Source: Utricularia gibba
Lineage: Eukaryota; Plantae; Magnoliophyta
Length of the DNA stretch: 64,000 nt
NCBI GenBank assembly: GCA_002189035.1
Contig: NEEC01000010.1
Location: forward strand, 2,294,001 to 2,358,000
Direction of reading: 5' to 3'
The notes beneath the pieces were generated by a model that did no database searches, had not been told where the DNA came from, and was given only the letters and a program-made list of their open reading frames with translations. Position numbers and translations under genes: made by a program. This document shows, one piece after another, positions 62,320-64,000 of this stretch. How positions within the stretch are numbered: position 1 is the stretch's first letter; each line of letters opens with the position of its first letter.

Positions 62320-62733
62320 TGATTTCTGTCACGAAGCTTACCAATCGAGAAAATCCACTGAAAAGTTAAAACACTAGCTCTGAAGACCATAGATTTTCCA
62401 AAAAACAATATATGAGGCATAGGTCCTGAACCCTTTTCAGTTTATCCATTGTGGAAAAAAGGCTAAGACAAGGTATACCCAGTCTACGCTTCATCTCCAC
62501 ATAAAAGCTCAACAGAGAAAACAAAACTCCATTGCGGGCAATGAAGCTCGATTATTAAGAAAATCAACTGCAATGCACCATTCTATTCACCTGAAACAAT
62601 TATCCCACACAAAATGCAGATCACGCTTACAGATTCCAAGTACCAAAACGACGAGACTGCAAATTGCAAGCTTTGTAGCGAGGTTTCTTGTTGGAGAAGA
62701 TGGAGTTTGTCGCAGGTACGGGCTCAGTACTAA

Positions 62734-62827
62734 TGGGCCGAAAAGCTCAACGGGGTGCCTAAACTGAGCCGAACCTAGACATAAGTACATTCAAGCCCAT
62801 ATAACCCTGGAAAGTGAACCCAGCCCA
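62734..62827. promoter_or_regulatory. Site II (TGGGCY) cluster in the divergent promoter upstream of PAB
   Basis: tgggcc 62734, agccca 62794, agccca 62822. Confidence 0.5.
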
Positions 62828-63546
62828 TACTGGATTATTAAAAAAAAATCTAAATTCATTTTATATAAAAAATGATTATATAGTCAGTAAAATGGATAAT
62901 TCTTATAGTTAAATGAATGAACAACACAAATTAAATACATGATGATTTTAATAGTACATTTCTCATCATAACTCATTGCCAAAAAATTTAACAATACTAT
63001 TTTTTATACAATATTTTTCATTAAAATTTTTTTTTTACAGTTTTATGTTATATAAGATTTACGTGGATATTTTATTTTACTTTACTTTTTTTCATTTATA
63101 ATTGACGTGAGGTTAATAAACATTCTTTGCCAAGATATTATACTAAAATAAATTTCATTTTTTTAATTTCGACTTGTAAAAGCATCTTCAATTAATTATA
63201 TTTGACACTACCTAAATGGAAAGTATGAGTCATATCAATTTTCATTATTAATTAATATTATTTTACATAAGTAAGAATTATTTTGATTTAATTAATAGGA
63301 TATTTTCATTTTATCAATTTTTGCTGTATCCCATAGCTTACCTGGAAAATGGCGGTGACCACTGACCAGAATGGCTTGGAGTTCGGAAGGGCTTGGTGAC
63401 TCCGCAAATCCAGTCTTTCAGATCACTACAGAAAGAGATCCCGAGAGCCAAGGTGTTTGGAGGGAATCATTGGCGCGAATCCCTAAAAAGACCCTCTTCT
63501 GCCCTGAGCTTGTGGGGTAACTCTTCACTGTAAAGTCACTTACGTT

Positions 63547-63677
63547 ATGGCGTCGAATATTTTGTCCAGAACGCTCTTGTCTCGTTTCGCCTTTCAATTT
63601 TCCTCATCCTCCTCCTCCATATCGAAATCCCACTACATCGCTTCACTCTTGCCCGTGAGATTTCATCCATCATCTGC
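63547..63677 (+). CDS. Possible first exon of a gene with a mitochondrial-presequence-like N-terminus; remainder unresolved
   Basis: ATGGCG start, MASNILSRTLLSRFAFQFSSSSSSISKSHY (Ser/Arg-rich, no acidic residues), GT at 63678 followed by a U-rich intron-like sequence. No family recognised. Confidence 0.35.
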
Positions 63678-64000
63678 GTAAAACTTTTTTTTTATGTGCG
63701 CCTTTTTGCTCTCCTGGAATTGTTGTTGTTGCTTTTTTTTTTTTTTTTTTTGTCGTCAAGTTTTATGTTGGCCGGAATTCTTGTTGCTGACATTAAACTT
63801 GTTGAAACAAATGAATGAGATAACCGGAAATAGAGGGATATAGAAGTTTATAAAATGGAGTATCTCATGATGAGTGACTTTTTGTTTGTGCAGGAGTTGT
63901 TTACCTCTGATCTGCTTCATGTTTTACTAGTTTCCTCTTTCTAGGATAAAAAATATGTTTTTTATCTTAGGCAGCATGTAGATTCTACTACCCACACTCC

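Overview
Plant nuclear genomic DNA from a eudicot. The NLR N-termini of the 'MAxxSAYxxLLTLLQ' type suggest an asterid, probably Lamiales (inference). No prokaryotic features, CRISPR, tRNA or rRNA were found. Gene order: a minus-strand CC-NB-ARC-LRR (R1-like) cluster at 1-9.3 kb (frameshifted 5' copy, a deleted relic split by a ~4.2 kb Mutator-like element with ~330 bp TIRs, and an intact 890 aa copy); LEA_2/NHL-type gene; Lhcb3; BOI-related RING E3; two eEF2 genes as a near-perfect 3.05 kb head-to-head inverted repeat with REV7/MAD2L2 in the 3.3 kb spacer; alpha-expansin; X8-domain GPI protein; CtpA1; malectin LRR-RLK; a ~9 kb gene-free interval; WW/GIR-like EAR protein; an RPS3 pseudogene; a third NLR on the plus strand; proteasome alpha-2; and the start of an unidentified gene. 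The most notable observations are (i) the eEF2 palindrome, whose arms are identical while upstream homology is patchy and diverged, suggesting arm-to-arm gene conversion, and (ii) an NLR subfamily with a repeat-built Asp/Glu-rich C-terminal tail and a CxxC-x16-Cxx(x)C segment between NB-ARC and LRR. Caveat: at least seven single-base deletions, nearly all in G/C runs, break otherwise conserved genes, so these frameshifts are probably assembly errors. I see no firm evidence of a wholly new biological system; the NLR tail/Cys-motif family and the eEF2 palindrome are the best candidates.
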